64,000 nt of DNA, taken from positions 32,001 to 96,000 of IMG/VR virus record IMGVR_UViG_3300032319_000936; one strand, 5' to 3'. Under the pieces are notes generated by a model, which ran no database searches, was not told where the DNA came from, and saw only the letters and a list, made by a program, of their open reading frames with translations. Position numbers and translations under genes: made by a program. Numbering within the stretch: the first letter of the stretch is position 1; the number at the start of each line of letters is the position of its first letter. Of this stretch, positions 30,189-40,662 are shown piece after piece. The DNA comes from a virus. Taxonomy: Duplodnaviria > Caudoviricetes.

Positions 30189-30437
30189 TTAGTTTTTATT
30201 TTCTCCGTAAGTTTCGTTGTAGTAATCCTCGAATGACTTTTGCTCCACCTTAAATTCATCACCCATATCTTCTACTCTACTACTAAACCAAGTTTCTTCG
30301 TGTTGCTCCTTCTCCATTTGCTTGGCTTGTCTTTTTAATGACATAACAACTGTTGGATCTAACATACCATTATTTGTGATGTAATTTTTTTCAATTTCAT
30401 CTACCAACCAATCAACCGATGTTTTTTTCTTTTCCAT
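30189..30437 (-). CDS. KQTAVEW-family small protein
   Basis: MEKKKTSVDWL...AKQMEKEQ...YYNETYG. Confidence 0.7.
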   Translation of the reverse strand: MEKKKTSVDWLVDEIEKNYITNNGMLDPTVVMSLKRQAKQMEKEQHEETWFSSRVEDMGDEFKVEQKSFEDYYNETYGENKN

Positions 30438-30661
30438 ACTTATTTAGTTTTTAGTTTAATAGTTTCTTCTTTCCTTTAATATGTCTAATTCTATCCATTC
30501 ATTATCAATCAACTCTTCAAAATCATTAAGTTTAACATCAATACCCAATGAAAGTATATCCGTTTCACAATGGAATATTACATCTTCTTGGAGTTCTATT
30601 GGTATTGCACCTACTTTTAGAATTGCGGAGCATTTTGCTTTATAAACGTGAGTTTGCTTAC

Positions 30662-31054
30662 TCATTGACCCCCTATTGTTATTTCCGCACCCGTAAGAGC
30701 AAAGTATAGGTTTTGAAGTTGGTGAATATGTTTAACATGCTTCGTTAGTGTTCTGTATTGTTCCACCTGTAAACAAATATGACCTTCTGATTTTCGAAAT
30801 GATAATCTATCTGTACAAAATTCATGTATTGGAAGAAATTTTAGTAGCTTATCATTATCTGTATCATACTTAAATCCAAACTTCAACAACCATTCTTCGG
30901 TTAGTGGGATTGATTCAAATTCTTCTGCTTCAATCCAAGTATTTTCTTCTGCGTTTTGAACAGTAAATCCTTTTTCTTCTATAGAAACTATTGTAAAAAT
31001 AGTTCCGTCCAAAAGTTTAACCAAATTCCCAATCCTCATTTCATTTGCTTTCAT
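30662..31054 (-). CDS. Small phage protein (MRIGN/IPLTEEWL type)
   Basis: EMRIGN...IPLTEEWLLKFGF...HQLQNLYFALTG. Confidence 0.65.
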   Translation of the reverse strand: MKANEMRIGNLVKLLDGTIFTIVSIEEKGFTVQNAEENTWIEAEEFESIPLTEEWLLKFGFKYDTDNDKLLKFLPIHEFCTDRLSFRKSEGHICLQVEQYRTLTKHVKHIHQLQNLYFALTGAEITIGGQ

Positions 31055-31104
31055 AATTTTTAGTTCTTTATTTTTTTTTAGTTTTAAAGTTTTTGCAATA
31101 GATT

Positions 31105-32256
31105 TTAGTGGGAATCCCCTACATCGTGCTTTTCCCCGTAAATGGAATAATCTGGGTTAATTACCTTACCCACTTTGTTTCTCTCCCCTGTGTGGTGCTT
31201 GATAACAATACCCTCGTGTGGAATCTTTGTTCCTTCTATAAAGTTACCAAAGACATGCTTGTCCTGCACCTCCTGAGACCAAGCCCCGGTGTAAAGAACT
31301 TTGACGTGGGGAAGTAGAAGTAGGTTATCGCAGAAATATAGGGTTCTCATTGGATCTAGATATTCCCCATTCATAGTAATGTCAAACACCTCGAACTCAA
31401 TTTCTTCAAGTCCATAGTCATAGTTCTTCTGGATGCCCGGACCGAAGATCTCACCATAGATGACTATCCCGTTGTCTACCTGGTAAGCCCCAGTTGATTT
31501 AGCGACCTTGAATAGGTTCCATAATTTTTCTTTGAGTTCAAATTTATCAGCCACTTTCATCCAGACGTCAGCATCATAAAAACCTTGTGTATCTGAACCT
31601 TTCTCAACATTATGGGACCCATAGACATATTCGTACTCGATCCACTCGTCTGCTAGTCGGAAGAATTTCTTAAACTTGTCCCAGAATGAAAGCTTTAGCT
31701 TTTTCACGATGCCGTATCTAGCATTTGTACCGTGCATTTTTCTGGTGATCTGTACGTGATCTTCTTCATCAAACATATCAGGCACATTCTTTAGGTTTGG
31801 GAACTTATGGTAGACGTGGAAGTTTGGATTCTTCTGGTATCTGATCTTACGCCCTGATGCTAATTGTACTTGTACCACGGGTGGCTCGTACTTGAAGATC
31901 TTTAGCATATCCATCATGTCCTCGCCCTCGTCCCATTTTGTGTTAGCATACTTAGCAGCTTGACGAGCATATCTCAAAGGAATAATCAAACACTCTGAGT
32001 ATACACCTCTCAACTTAACAGTACGTACACGTTGACCTTTACGTAGGTAATTAGTCACGTTCATCGAGTCCGATAACTCTACAGGGATGACTGCATCTGT
32101 GGTTGCTACTACAACTAGATCACCCACTTTGTATTCACCTTTTTTGATGATGCAATTCCATCCTCCGATAACACCTTGCTCGATATTATCAGATCCCGGA
32201 ATTTCTTTGATTTCATTTATGAGTGCTACATAGCACACGCTGTTTGGATTTTCCAT
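31105..32256 (-). CDS. RNA ligase, DRB0094/Rnl2-like family
   Basis: N-terminal OB-like IKEIPGSDNIE...VRTVKLRGVYSECL; motif I RKMHGTN; YGEIFGPGIQKNY; FDI; HEGIVIK; KVINPDY. Confidence 0.85.
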   Translation of the reverse strand: MENPNSVCYVALINEIKEIPGSDNIEQGVIGGWNCIIKKGEYKVGDLVVVATTDAVIPVELSDSMNVTNYLRKGQRVRTVKLRGVYSECLIIPLRYARQAAKYANTKWDEGEDMMDMLKIFKYEPPVVQVQLASGRKIRYQKNPNFHVYHKFPNLKNVPDMFDEEDHVQITRKMHGTNARYGIVKKLKLSFWDKFKKFFRLADEWIEYEYVYGSHNVEKGSDTQGFYDADVWMKVADKFELKEKLWNLFKVAKSTGAYQVDNGIVIYGEIFGPGIQKNYDYGLEEIEFEVFDITMNGEYLDPMRTLYFCDNLLLLPHVKVLYTGAWSQEVQDKHVFGNFIEGTKIPHEGIVIKHHTGERNKVGKVINPDYSIYGEKHDVGDSH

Positions 32257-32257
32257 G

Positions 32258-32851
32258 TTACGATAAGTATTTTAAAATTTTCTCTTTAACCCCAGCTTGT
32301 TTAATCCCCTCGCTTGGTCTGGGCGTCCAAACAAAGTTTTCAAGTCCCCAGTCGTCTCTATCGAATGCACCATACTTGCTGTTCTCTACGTGTCTTCCCA
32401 TGTGTAGATCATCAACTGACACCCAATGGGTGATCTCCGGGTGGTCCATTAGATACTGAGTGATCTCCACGTATCTAGATTGCTCTAGATCATATGTTAC
32501 AGACCAAATGAAAGACTTTGTGTCCTGAAAGCTACATTGTCCTAGGTTCTTAGTGTATGCAATTGGTTTCTTGATTATGCCCTGCATCTCGTAGTACTCG
32601 CCCATCTGCTCTATAGAAGCCCATGCTTTCCAATCGGACGAAACCACTATCTCTGCTCCTGTTGCCTCAAGGATCTCGTTCAGAACATCTATCGACTTCT
32701 TATCGAAGTTATCGAATCTGTACTCAAGAGGAATTTCTCTGAGCGTCATAGATAGTTTTCTGCCACCCCACTTAGCCTGCTTCTTCCCTCTTGAACCCCA
32801 GTTGTTGTCAAGACAAATTACGCCATCATGATCCAAAAATAAAATCTTCAT
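32258..32851 (-). CDS. HAD-superfamily phosphatase (RNA-repair type)
   Basis: ILFLDHDGVI, IVVSSDWK, WVSVDDL. Confidence 0.75.
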   Translation of the reverse strand: MKILFLDHDGVICLDNNWGSRGKKQAKWGGRKLSMTLREIPLEYRFDNFDKKSIDVLNEILEATGAEIVVSSDWKAWASIEQMGEYYEMQGIIKKPIAYTKNLGQCSFQDTKSFIWSVTYDLEQSRYVEITQYLMDHPEITHWVSVDDLHMGRHVENSKYGAFDRDDWGLENFVWTPRPSEGIKQAGVKEKILKYLS

Positions 32852-32857
32852 ATGTTA

Positions 32858-33247
32858 TTATAGACTAATTTCAAATCTGGTTTTCATTTGTTCTATTTTA
32901 TCATCCGGACAGCCGTGTATATTTTTACCTCCGTGCCTATTTTCAACAATCATGGAAGTTACGCGATAACCAAGTTCTTCAGCTAAAAGATAGTATACAT
33001 CCATTTCCCATTCCTGGGTAAATGTGTTTGACACGACAACAATTGGGTGACCTTCTTTCATAGCATCCATTACCGAATGACGACACCAGTTATGTGCATT
33101 TTTAATTTTTGAGGCATCAAAATGATAGTTACCGTCTGCATCCAAGAAATACATGTCAGCCTCAAAATGGAGGGCTTTATCGAATAGTTTTGCTGTAGTG
33201 GATTTCCCTGAACCAGGTAAACCCCGTATTAACATAAGTTGTTTCAT
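32858..33247 (-). CDS. P-loop kinase (polynucleotide kinase / AAA_33-like)
   Basis: LIRGLPGSGKST, EADMYF, AHNWC, VVSNTF, HGCP. Confidence 0.85.
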   Translation of the reverse strand: MKQLMLIRGLPGSGKSTTAKLFDKALHFEADMYFLDADGNYHFDASKIKNAHNWCRHSVMDAMKEGHPIVVVSNTFTQEWEMDVYYLLAEELGYRVTSMIVENRHGGKNIHGCPDDKIEQMKTRFEISL

Positions 33248-34077
33248 GTCGCTAATCTAAATCAGATCTCCGTAAAAAATCCTCTGGTTTCAGAGGATTT
33301 TCACATTTAATTTTTAACAGAGATATAGATTCCTTTATACCACCCAAAGGTCTCGTCTTCAAATTCCCGATCAGGTTTGAATTCAATGGGGTCTAAATTA
33401 ATTTCCCCAAAGCAAATCTCATTAGGAGATCTAACCCAAGATTTACTATTTACATTCTCCGCAGCACTCATGGATCTCATCTTTATCGTAAGCCGCACAC
33501 TTTTGATGTTTCGATGAACATGAGGTTAAAATGCCTACTAATAATGCTAAGACTAAACAGGTCATAATTACAAAAGTTACTTTTTCTATTCTTTTCATAA
33601 TTTTTTTTATTATATCTATCCTAGAGGCTAATCGAACAGTCTAAGATATAAAACTCCCTATTTGGATCTTGTGGGCCATTCTCACTATACCACTCTTTCT
33701 CTATTGATTGCTTTACCCAATTAGACATTTCTTCACCTTCGCACTGCGCTATTAATATATCCTGGGAGTTAAGTCCAGTATCTGGATCTATGTCTCTAAA
33801 TCTTATCTGAAATTTATTCATAAATATTATATTAAAATTGCGAGGTATGTTTCTTAAATATCTAATCTATCGTCAACACGGGTCGCTATGTGTTTATCCC
33901 ACCATTTGACAAATCTTGAATTAGGTAGTTTAACCCTAATCCACTCGCCCAGTATAATTATTCCAATGCGGATGATAACCAAAGCCATGCAAATCATGAA
34001 GAAAGCTATTATTTTCATATCTCAAAAATATTAATTTTTATTTAATTTAACACCACTTTTTTTATAGGCTTTATCGC

Positions 34078-34491
34078 CTACTTTGAATTTTGTAATTTTT
34101 TCCATTTGTTATCGGAATCTAAGATAAATGTTCCTACGTGAACCTGATCCCATTCTTCTGGACCGATCATTGAAAGAAAAACATCTCCATTTTCTCTAAG
34201 ATATAGATTATACCTCTCCCCGGGGATAGGCTGAAAAGAATAATTCGACGAGTAAACTATTTTATTCCACTCTAGCTCCTCCTGTAACTTTTTATACTCC
34301 TCTAATAGCTCGTCAAATTTTTTCTTGTAATAAGAGTTAGCTTTGAGTATCTTCTCGTTTTTCCACGAAGAGATGTCCTCTGGTATTATGGCAGGAGCAC
34401 CAACGTTGCTTCCGTAGGCCAGCTTGCTTGGATAAAATCCTTTATCCTCGCTCCATACCACATTGTCTGGATATTTCTTACTGTTCTCCAA
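34078..34491 (-). CDS. DUF2452-like protein
   Basis: YGSNVGAPAI...YSFQPIPGERYNLY...FLSMIGPEEW. Confidence 0.6.
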   Translation of the reverse strand: MENSKKYPDNVVWSEDKGFYPSKLAYGSNVGAPAIIPEDISSWKNEKILKANSYYKKKFDELLEEYKKLQEELEWNKIVYSSNYSFQPIPGERYNLYLRENGDVFLSMIGPEEWDQVHVGTFILDSDNKWKKLQNSK

Positions 34492-34890
34492 TTAATTTAA
34501 TTGACCTATGCCCTTTAGATATTCAATATAGTTCCTCTGGGTAGTCATGTTGGCTAGGTTCTGATTAACCTCCATGATGTACTTCTCTGTGGACATTCTA
34601 TTTCTTTTAAATCTTTTTGTCAGGTATTCGATATTCCGGATAGCCTCGTGGGTCTTCACATAATTGAAGGTACCCGATTCTTTTTTTCCGTTCATTGTTT
34701 ATATTATTAGTAACTCCAGTATTTGTTTTGGATTGCTCTTATCTCCTCCATGCCTTCCATTATCTTCTTGAACGGACCTTCTAGCTCCGTGTTGTCCCCA
34801 TAGAAGATGTGACCAGATTCTTCAATCGAATAATAGAAATCTATGATCTCCTCCATTTCTTCTTTTCTTAGGTCCTTGATGTCTGGCATT

Positions 34891-35142
34891 TTATTCTATG
34901 ATTTTAATTTCAGATTCTGTTTCTATTACAACCCTAGCCCCACATCCTAGTAGTGCCTTAGTATCACAACCTGAACCGCTGTATATTATTTTGCTCGGGC
35001 CAAGAATCTCAACAGCATTGCAGTAAGTGTTAGTTCTGCCCTGTTTTATTGTGATCACCGGCAAATCAGTACCCTTTGTCTTATTGGATCTGATATTGTG
35101 CTGGTTGACGTGGATCTTAGTCGTTGGAGATTTCTTTGCCAT
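34891..35142 (-). CDS. Conserved-type phage hypothetical protein
   Basis: IHVNQHNIRSN...PVITIK..NTY...VEILGPS...CGARVVIET. Confidence 0.6.
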   Translation of the reverse strand: MAKKSPTTKIHVNQHNIRSNKTKGTDLPVITIKQGRTNTYCNAVEILGPSKIIYSGSGCDTKALLGCGARVVIETESEIKIIE

Positions 35143-36026
35143 GCTGTGATTTTTTAATCCGTTACGTAATTCAAATCGTATTTCTTTGCAACTGCCATAA
35201 ACTTCTCCTTAACAAAGTCGTCTATTGATTTGTAATCCCCGCTATCCTTGGCCATTTCCCACCACCAACCTCTAATCTGGTCCAATTCTGATATGTCATT
35301 GATAAATGGATAACGTAAATCATTATTGTGCAAGTCAATCAACATCATTGAGAAATTTTCAATGTTAGTTCCCGCGCTTAAATCGTCTTTATAGACCTCG
35401 CACTCTATAATTGTTTGGTTGATTTTGTTTCTTAAAAAGTGTATCATATTATTAAATTATTTTCTAATTGGAGAGAGGCATTTTTATTGTTGGATGGTAT
35501 TGATAATTTTCAATAATAAAATCAGTGCTATCCTAAATGCTGTCTTCCACTTCATATACCGTGTGGGGATAAAATTCTATACAATACACTTTAACTTTTT
35601 CTATCTCTGGTCCTGGTGTACCAAGTCCATTGGGTTCATCTACTTCGTAACGATGCCACCCTTCAAGTTCATCTGGGTACTTGCTGTCATACGGGTTCCA
35701 GTCGAGATACTTTGCTTTAGAGTCTGTTCCTATTCCATAGTACTCGTCAAGACCTATCTTGAGATCTTTAAAAGAACCAGCAGAAATTATTGGCTTGCCG
35801 TACTCAGATATGGCTACGTATGTTACCTTAACCCGCGTTCTCATTATTGTACTCGTAAGTTGTTATGATCTCCTCACCAACTTGGGTTGTTACCACGTGG
35901 GTCGGAGTCGTTGGTTTAGCAATCTCCTCTACAATGTAGAGATTTTCTAATTCGACATCGGTGTTTCTCATCACCCATTGCACCTGCTCGTCCCAGGTTA
36001 GTTCTCTTTTTTGCATACGTTTTAAT

Positions 36027-36464
36027 TTACCAGCTTGAGCTATGTGGAACCACCCATCTTGAGCAGTTCTGCTCCAGCCTATTAATGTGTCTATAGTTAT
36101 TGATGTAGCCCATCATATTAGCAGAGCCTATAGCATTTGCCGAGTGAATCATAACTTGACAAACGGGAGCGCCATCCAGCCACTTCTCAACCAGCCACTT
36201 GGTGCAATCCATTCCAGTCTTCTCCGTTATATTGTCGTAGTCCAATTTGAAGTTGTGGTAGACATTCGTGTGCCACTCTTTCATAGCGCTATCACCAAGA
36301 TCATGGTCTAGTGAGATTAAATCAATATTCTCTAAACCAATTTCGGTTACCTTCTCTATGAACTCATCGTAACTTCTAACCACCGTCCATTCCGGAACGT
36401 CGTGGGTTGTTGGATTCGGTAGAGGTGTTCTCACGTCATCCAGGTAAATTCTAGCTTTGCTCAT
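36027..36464 (-). CDS. Cyclic-phosphate-processing receiver-domain protein
   Basis: IYLDDVRTP, ISLDHDLG, KTGMDC, IHSANAIG. Confidence 0.75.
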   Translation of the reverse strand: MSKARIYLDDVRTPLPNPTTHDVPEWTVVRSYDEFIEKVTEIGLENIDLISLDHDLGDSAMKEWHTNVYHNFKLDYDNITEKTGMDCTKWLVEKWLDGAPVCQVMIHSANAIGSANMMGYINNYRHINRLEQNCSRWVVPHSSSW

Positions 36465-36759
36465 TTTTATTTTTTTCTAAATTTTTAAGATCTTGATCGA
36501 GTCTCCTGAGAAAGGATTCCTCCCCGTCATCACCAGAGACCAGCCAATCTATTCTCTGTGCATAGATTTCAGCCTTTCTTATGATCTCTAATCCCTCCTT
36601 GAATTTCTCGATAACCTCAGGCGGGTAATTGTAGTAATACTCGCCCTCCCAGGATTCTCTTCTTTCCCTCTTTTCTCCGTTCTTGAGAATGATTCCCTCG
36701 ACATCATCTGCTATTTGCCTTATCTTGTATTGATCGTAAGAGAAATGACCTCCTGACAT
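36451..36759 (-). CDS. Conserved-type phage hypothetical protein
   Basis: MSGGHFSY...RIDWLVSGDDGEESF. Confidence 0.6.
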   Translation of the reverse strand: MSGGHFSYDQYKIRQIADDVEGIILKNGEKRERRESWEGEYYYNYPPEVIEKFKEGLEIIRKAEIYAQRIDWLVSGDDGEESFLRRLDQDLKNLEKNKNEQS

Positions 36760-36830
36760 AAACTATTATTTTTATTTATATTTTCAAATGTAAGACTGTA
36801 TCCCGTATTTTCGCAGACGGAAACTAAGCA

Positions 36831-37394
36831 TTATTCAGCGTCGTTAATTGATTCTACAAGAACGGTTTCACTCTCTATGTCTTTCACATAATATTCTCTC
36901 CAATTACCACCGGGTTCAGGGGCAGCACCCGCTGCTTTAGCTATCTCCTCGTCTTTTGTTTTGGTAAGTACAGCAACATAGCAATTTCCTCTCTGAGCTT
37001 CTAGAAGCTTATCCACTGTATCAGGATCCACTTTCTTGCTCTCCATTTTAAGATAGGATGACTCAATCTCGGATAGAGTACGGAAGAATCTTTTTTCCGT
37101 TTGTTTTATTCTTCCAACTATAGAGTAGACCTCTCCCATTTCGTCTTTCCTTGGAACGCCTTGTGTGTCTAAATACATGTGCACAGACTCCAAATCTTCC
37201 CTCAATAGCTCAATCTGGTTATCTCTAATGTCCAAGTCAGATTGCTTGATTGTTGTTTTTGGTTCGATGTAGTTCTTAACCGCAGAATCAATTGCTGATG
37301 TTATAAATCTACGGGTATCGTCTGGATATTCAAAATGTTTGGTGGTTGATGCTTCAACCTCCCAGTCTCCGCTTTTAATTTTTACTGTTGTCAT
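36831..37394 (-). CDS. Hypothetical protein
   Basis: 187-aa ORF. Confidence 0.6.
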   Translation of the reverse strand: MTTVKIKSGDWEVEASTTKHFEYPDDTRRFITSAIDSAVKNYIEPKTTIKQSDLDIRDNQIELLREDLESVHMYLDTQGVPRKDEMGEVYSIVGRIKQTEKRFFRTLSEIESSYLKMESKKVDPDTVDKLLEAQRGNCYVAVLTKTKDEEIAKAAGAAPEPGGNWREYYVKDIESETVLVESINDAE

Positions 37395-37775
37395 GGTGTT
37401 AATATTCTTTTTGGTGTTTCTTTTTCTACTTGTTGTTCTATCCTATCGTGGTTTAGCCCAAGTGGTCCATCTCTTTCTAATAGTATGTTCCACCTCTCTC
37501 CATAGGTTAGCTCCTTTGTGCAATCCTTGGCCCATCTCTCACAAAAATCATCATTTGTTAAAGCCTCGTGGGTAAACCAGTCTTTTGATGGTATATTCTC
37601 GTATTCTTCAAAGTGGTCTCTGTATCTCTGGTAAGCCAATTCAACTCTATCCATATTATCATCAATTCTTTCTTTCTTTTGTGATTCACCTAGATCTCTC
37701 CAATCTTTGAAAGTCAAAGATGCCCCAGGATTGTCCTTTAGAAATTGCCAATACTGTAGTTTATTTGAATTCATA

Positions 37776-38081
37776 TCACTTCAGTATACATTTTTCATCA
37801 ATCTCATCTAGAACCTGCTGGATATAGTCATATACAAATTCCTGATCGTAAATAACCGGTCCTTTGAATCCCCTGAGTGCATCCAGAGAAAAAGGAGTCA
37901 CAAAAAGACAATTTGGATTGCTTGTTATCTCTTTACCCGTTTGGAATGATTTACAGATCAGAGCAAATGGCTTATCGTAATTGTCAATACCCACTTTAAG
38001 CAGAGTTGTTTTTCCGCTTCTTCTGTTATCTACTATCGGAGATAGAAGTTCATTCAGTATCTGTCTCTTTGTTTTTGCCAT
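37776..38081 (-). CDS. Small P-loop protein
   Basis: RRSGKTT Walker-A-like motif; LRG...IYD. Confidence 0.45.
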   Translation of the reverse strand: MAKTKRQILNELLSPIVDNRRSGKTTLLKVGIDNYDKPFALICKSFQTGKEITSNPNCLFVTPFSLDALRGFKGPVIYDQEFVYDYIQQVLDEIDEKCILK

Positions 38082-38698
38082 TATATTTTTTCTTTTTTGA
38101 AAAGCTCAATGAGTTCTTCCGATAAATTTTCATAATCCATATCGAACTTATCCGACATAGCCTCTACTATATTTTTATTTCTATAAGGAGCATTGTCGGG
38201 ATTTGACCACTTCCGGCTGATCTTCATGTAGTTATAGAAAAGCACGTAAGCATTAGACTTCCTGATGTAAAGATCCACATCAACGGGTAGCTCCCATTTC
38301 TTAAACATCTCCACTGATCTTTTCTCGTTATCTAGTTCTAGCTCTCTTGAGTTATTTAAAGAGACCTCTACTAATTCTTCCGGGTGATCCACACCGGATA
38401 ACCACTCATCTACGACTGTCAAAGAATTAGCACTTACGTCCCATAGTTCTATGCCATCTATCCATTGGGTCATATGGCAGTATTCATGAACCATTAACTC
38501 TATGAAATCCTCTCTTCCCTGAGCAAATGCTAGTGTTGCCTTTCTTAATTTCGGATCCGACCCATCGTCGAAAAAACCACCGCATTTTATATCATCTGTT
38601 AACTTGATATAAGATCTCTTGTATGGCTTGAATACGACCGAGTTCTTTTTACATTCCTCTTTAACAAAAGAGATGAATGCTTCTGTTTTTTTATCCAT
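38081..38698 (-). CDS. HExxH zincin-like hypothetical protein
   Basis: LMVHEYCHMTQW...ELELDNEKR. Confidence 0.55.
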   Translation of the reverse strand: MDKKTEAFISFVKEECKKNSVVFKPYKRSYIKLTDDIKCGGFFDDGSDPKLRKATLAFAQGREDFIELMVHEYCHMTQWIDGIELWDVSANSLTVVDEWLSGVDHPEELVEVSLNNSRELELDNEKRSVEMFKKWELPVDVDLYIRKSNAYVLFYNYMKISRKWSNPDNAPYRNKNIVEAMSDKFDMDYENLSEELIELFKKEKI

Positions 38699-39702
38699 TA
38701 TTTTTTTGAATTAAGACCTATTTTAGGCATTTTCTTTTTGATCTTTGGTGATTCCTTCATGTCAAGAAGAGAGCACTTAGCCTCCTCTAAATCCTTTCCC
38801 ATCACCACAACAGAAACCACTAATTCTTTCAGGTGCGAAAGCGACATGCCATCTGAGAATTCCACCCATTCTTTCAGATCGATTTTCTTTAGATCATCAT
38901 CAGAAAGCTTTTTCTTTATATAGGATTCCCTTATCTCTGCTGAGGGCATATGCACCTCGAACCTTCTGTCGAATCTGGATGGTCTATTACTAATTCTTTC
39001 CTCTAGTTTATCAGGATAGTTAGTTGTTGCTATATAGACAACATTCTCTATTTGTTTTACCCCGTCCAGAACATTTAGTAACTTGGTTGTTGAATACCTG
39101 TCTTCCCCAGCCAAAGCATCTATGTCCTCTAGGATAACAATAAGGGGTCTTTCAGGTTCAACCTTTCTTAATGTGGATATGTTATCAACATAAAATCTGA
39201 AATCATCCTCGTCCTTGATGTTGATGACTATACCCTCTTCTTTTTCAATTAAACTTTTAACACAGAGCTGAATGATACCAGACTTTCCACATCCAGGTTC
39301 TCCCCATAGCAGGATCCCTCTTTTGTGAACAAAGTTGTACTTCTTATATTGATCTCTCTTATTCCAGAAAGTTTGGATGTCGTCTAGAATGGACTGTATC
39401 TCAGGAGACGGCAGATGATAGAGCTCGTCTATATTCATAGCCTGCTTCTTGAAGGTGGCCTGTCCCATGGATTGATTCCATATTATCTCATAGAGCCCAG
39501 CCGGAAGTTTTTTGACTGTAGATAGAGCAGGTGCAAATTCGTCATTTGTCAAAATAGACCACTGGCAATGCGAGAAAGAGCTTGTCCCCTCTTTATCAAC
39601 AGTGCTCTCATCTGGAATTAACATAATATTATGCTCCTCTAATAGTTCTTTAATTCTTCTATTTTTCATCTTAGTAAATTTTTCCGTTTGTGTTAATACC
39701 AA
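38698..39702 (-). CDS. AAA+ ATPase
   Basis: KRGILLWGEPGCGKS, ILEDID, LLNVLDG, ATTNYP, RPSRFD. Confidence 0.9.
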   Translation of the reverse strand: MVLTQTEKFTKMKNRRIKELLEEHNIMLIPDESTVDKEGTSSFSHCQWSILTNDEFAPALSTVKKLPAGLYEIIWNQSMGQATFKKQAMNIDELYHLPSPEIQSILDDIQTFWNKRDQYKKYNFVHKRGILLWGEPGCGKSGIIQLCVKSLIEKEEGIVINIKDEDDFRFYVDNISTLRKVEPERPLIVILEDIDALAGEDRYSTTKLLNVLDGVKQIENVVYIATTNYPDKLEERISNRPSRFDRRFEVHMPSAEIRESYIKKKLSDDDLKKIDLKEWVEFSDGMSLSHLKELVVSVVVMGKDLEEAKCSLLDMKESPKIKKKMPKIGLNSKK

Positions 39703-40095
39703 TAAATTCGTCTAGCTTTTTAAGATTCGGTTTCATAGAACCTGGATACTCCGAGTATTTAAAATCTCTACCCTCTGAGTCAATCAGCCTCATGTCACCG
39801 TGAATAAAATCTTGCATCTCAGATTCGCTAAGATGTGCTATCACCTCCTTAAATTGGTCTACTATCCTATAAGTAACAATTTTTTCTGTTACCAATATTG
39901 GACCTTCCGAATTCAAAAGCTCCATTCTTTCTTTCTTCATATTTTTAGATTAATTGTTTTATCCCCTATTGTGTTATTGTCTTTGTATGCTCAAAGTGTC
40001 TTATTGTTTCCTGTGAGCTTTAATAACAGCCATTGCTGCTATTATGCATCAAACTGACTTTGACCGTATTTTAGAGATGGATTTCTCCTAAAAAT

Positions 40096-40656
40096 TTAAA
40101 AATTAAAAAAGTATCCTTTTTTCTCCATGTTTTTTCTAATCGAAATCCTGCCTTTTAGTAGCTGGGTCTTTGAAGTGTTCTCGCTTATTCCCATTATTTT
40201 AGATATCTCTTTGTGCTTATATCCATCCAAGAAATAAAGTTTTAAAACTTGCCCGCAGCCCTTTGGTAGATCGCCTATAAATTTGACTATTTCTTCGTGG
40301 GTGCACCCGAAATCAATTCTTCTAAATGAATCATCCTGTATATCAAATTTTCTATCGATGTCATCATGTATACCAACCTTTCTCCTTTTGTTATATTCGG
40401 TAATCGAAAGATTAACTGCTATTCTTCTAACCCAGCCTTGGAAGGATCCGTCTCCCCTGTATTCACCTATTTTTGCAAATACCTTTATGAAGCACTCCTG
40501 CGCAATATCCTCAGCTTCCTGCTGATCCCCTGCATACCTCTTACACACAGAATGAATTGTATTCTTTAGTATTTTATAAAGTCTTTCCTCGGAATTTCTG
40601 CATTTTTTTTTGCACTTTTCTATCAGCTCCAGACATTCCTCTTGTGAGATATTCAT
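40096..40656 (-). CDS. ECF-type sigma-70 factor
   Basis: VCKRYA...AEDIAQECFIKVF...GSFQGWVRRIAVN...LP...GYKHKEISKIMGISENTSKTQL. Confidence 0.9.
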   Translation of the reverse strand: MNISQEECLELIEKCKKKCRNSEERLYKILKNTIHSVCKRYAGDQQEAEDIAQECFIKVFAKIGEYRGDGSFQGWVRRIAVNLSITEYNKRRKVGIHDDIDRKFDIQDDSFRRIDFGCTHEEIVKFIGDLPKGCGQVLKLYFLDGYKHKEISKIMGISENTSKTQLLKGRISIRKNMEKKGYFFNF

Positions 40657-40662
40657 TATCTT

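Larger units (their letters stand above)
26873..31054 (-). repeat. Array of about 16 mini-genes with repeated junction AAAACTAAATAACTATG and repeated KQTAVEW / AKxMEKEQ / YYxETYG modules
   Basis: Junction variants precede starts at 30437, 30182, 29793, 29404, 29191, 29005, 28678, 27900, 27766, 27566 and 27380. Confidence 0.85.

Noticed and set aside
26873-31054. Classical integron
   Set aside because: No integrase and no palindromic attC-like sites; the junctions are short, non-palindromic and A-rich.
39945-40090. ~150-nt gap after the ECF sigma gene with a weak hairpin
   Set aside because: Only one short AT-rich stem and no repeat or covariation support.
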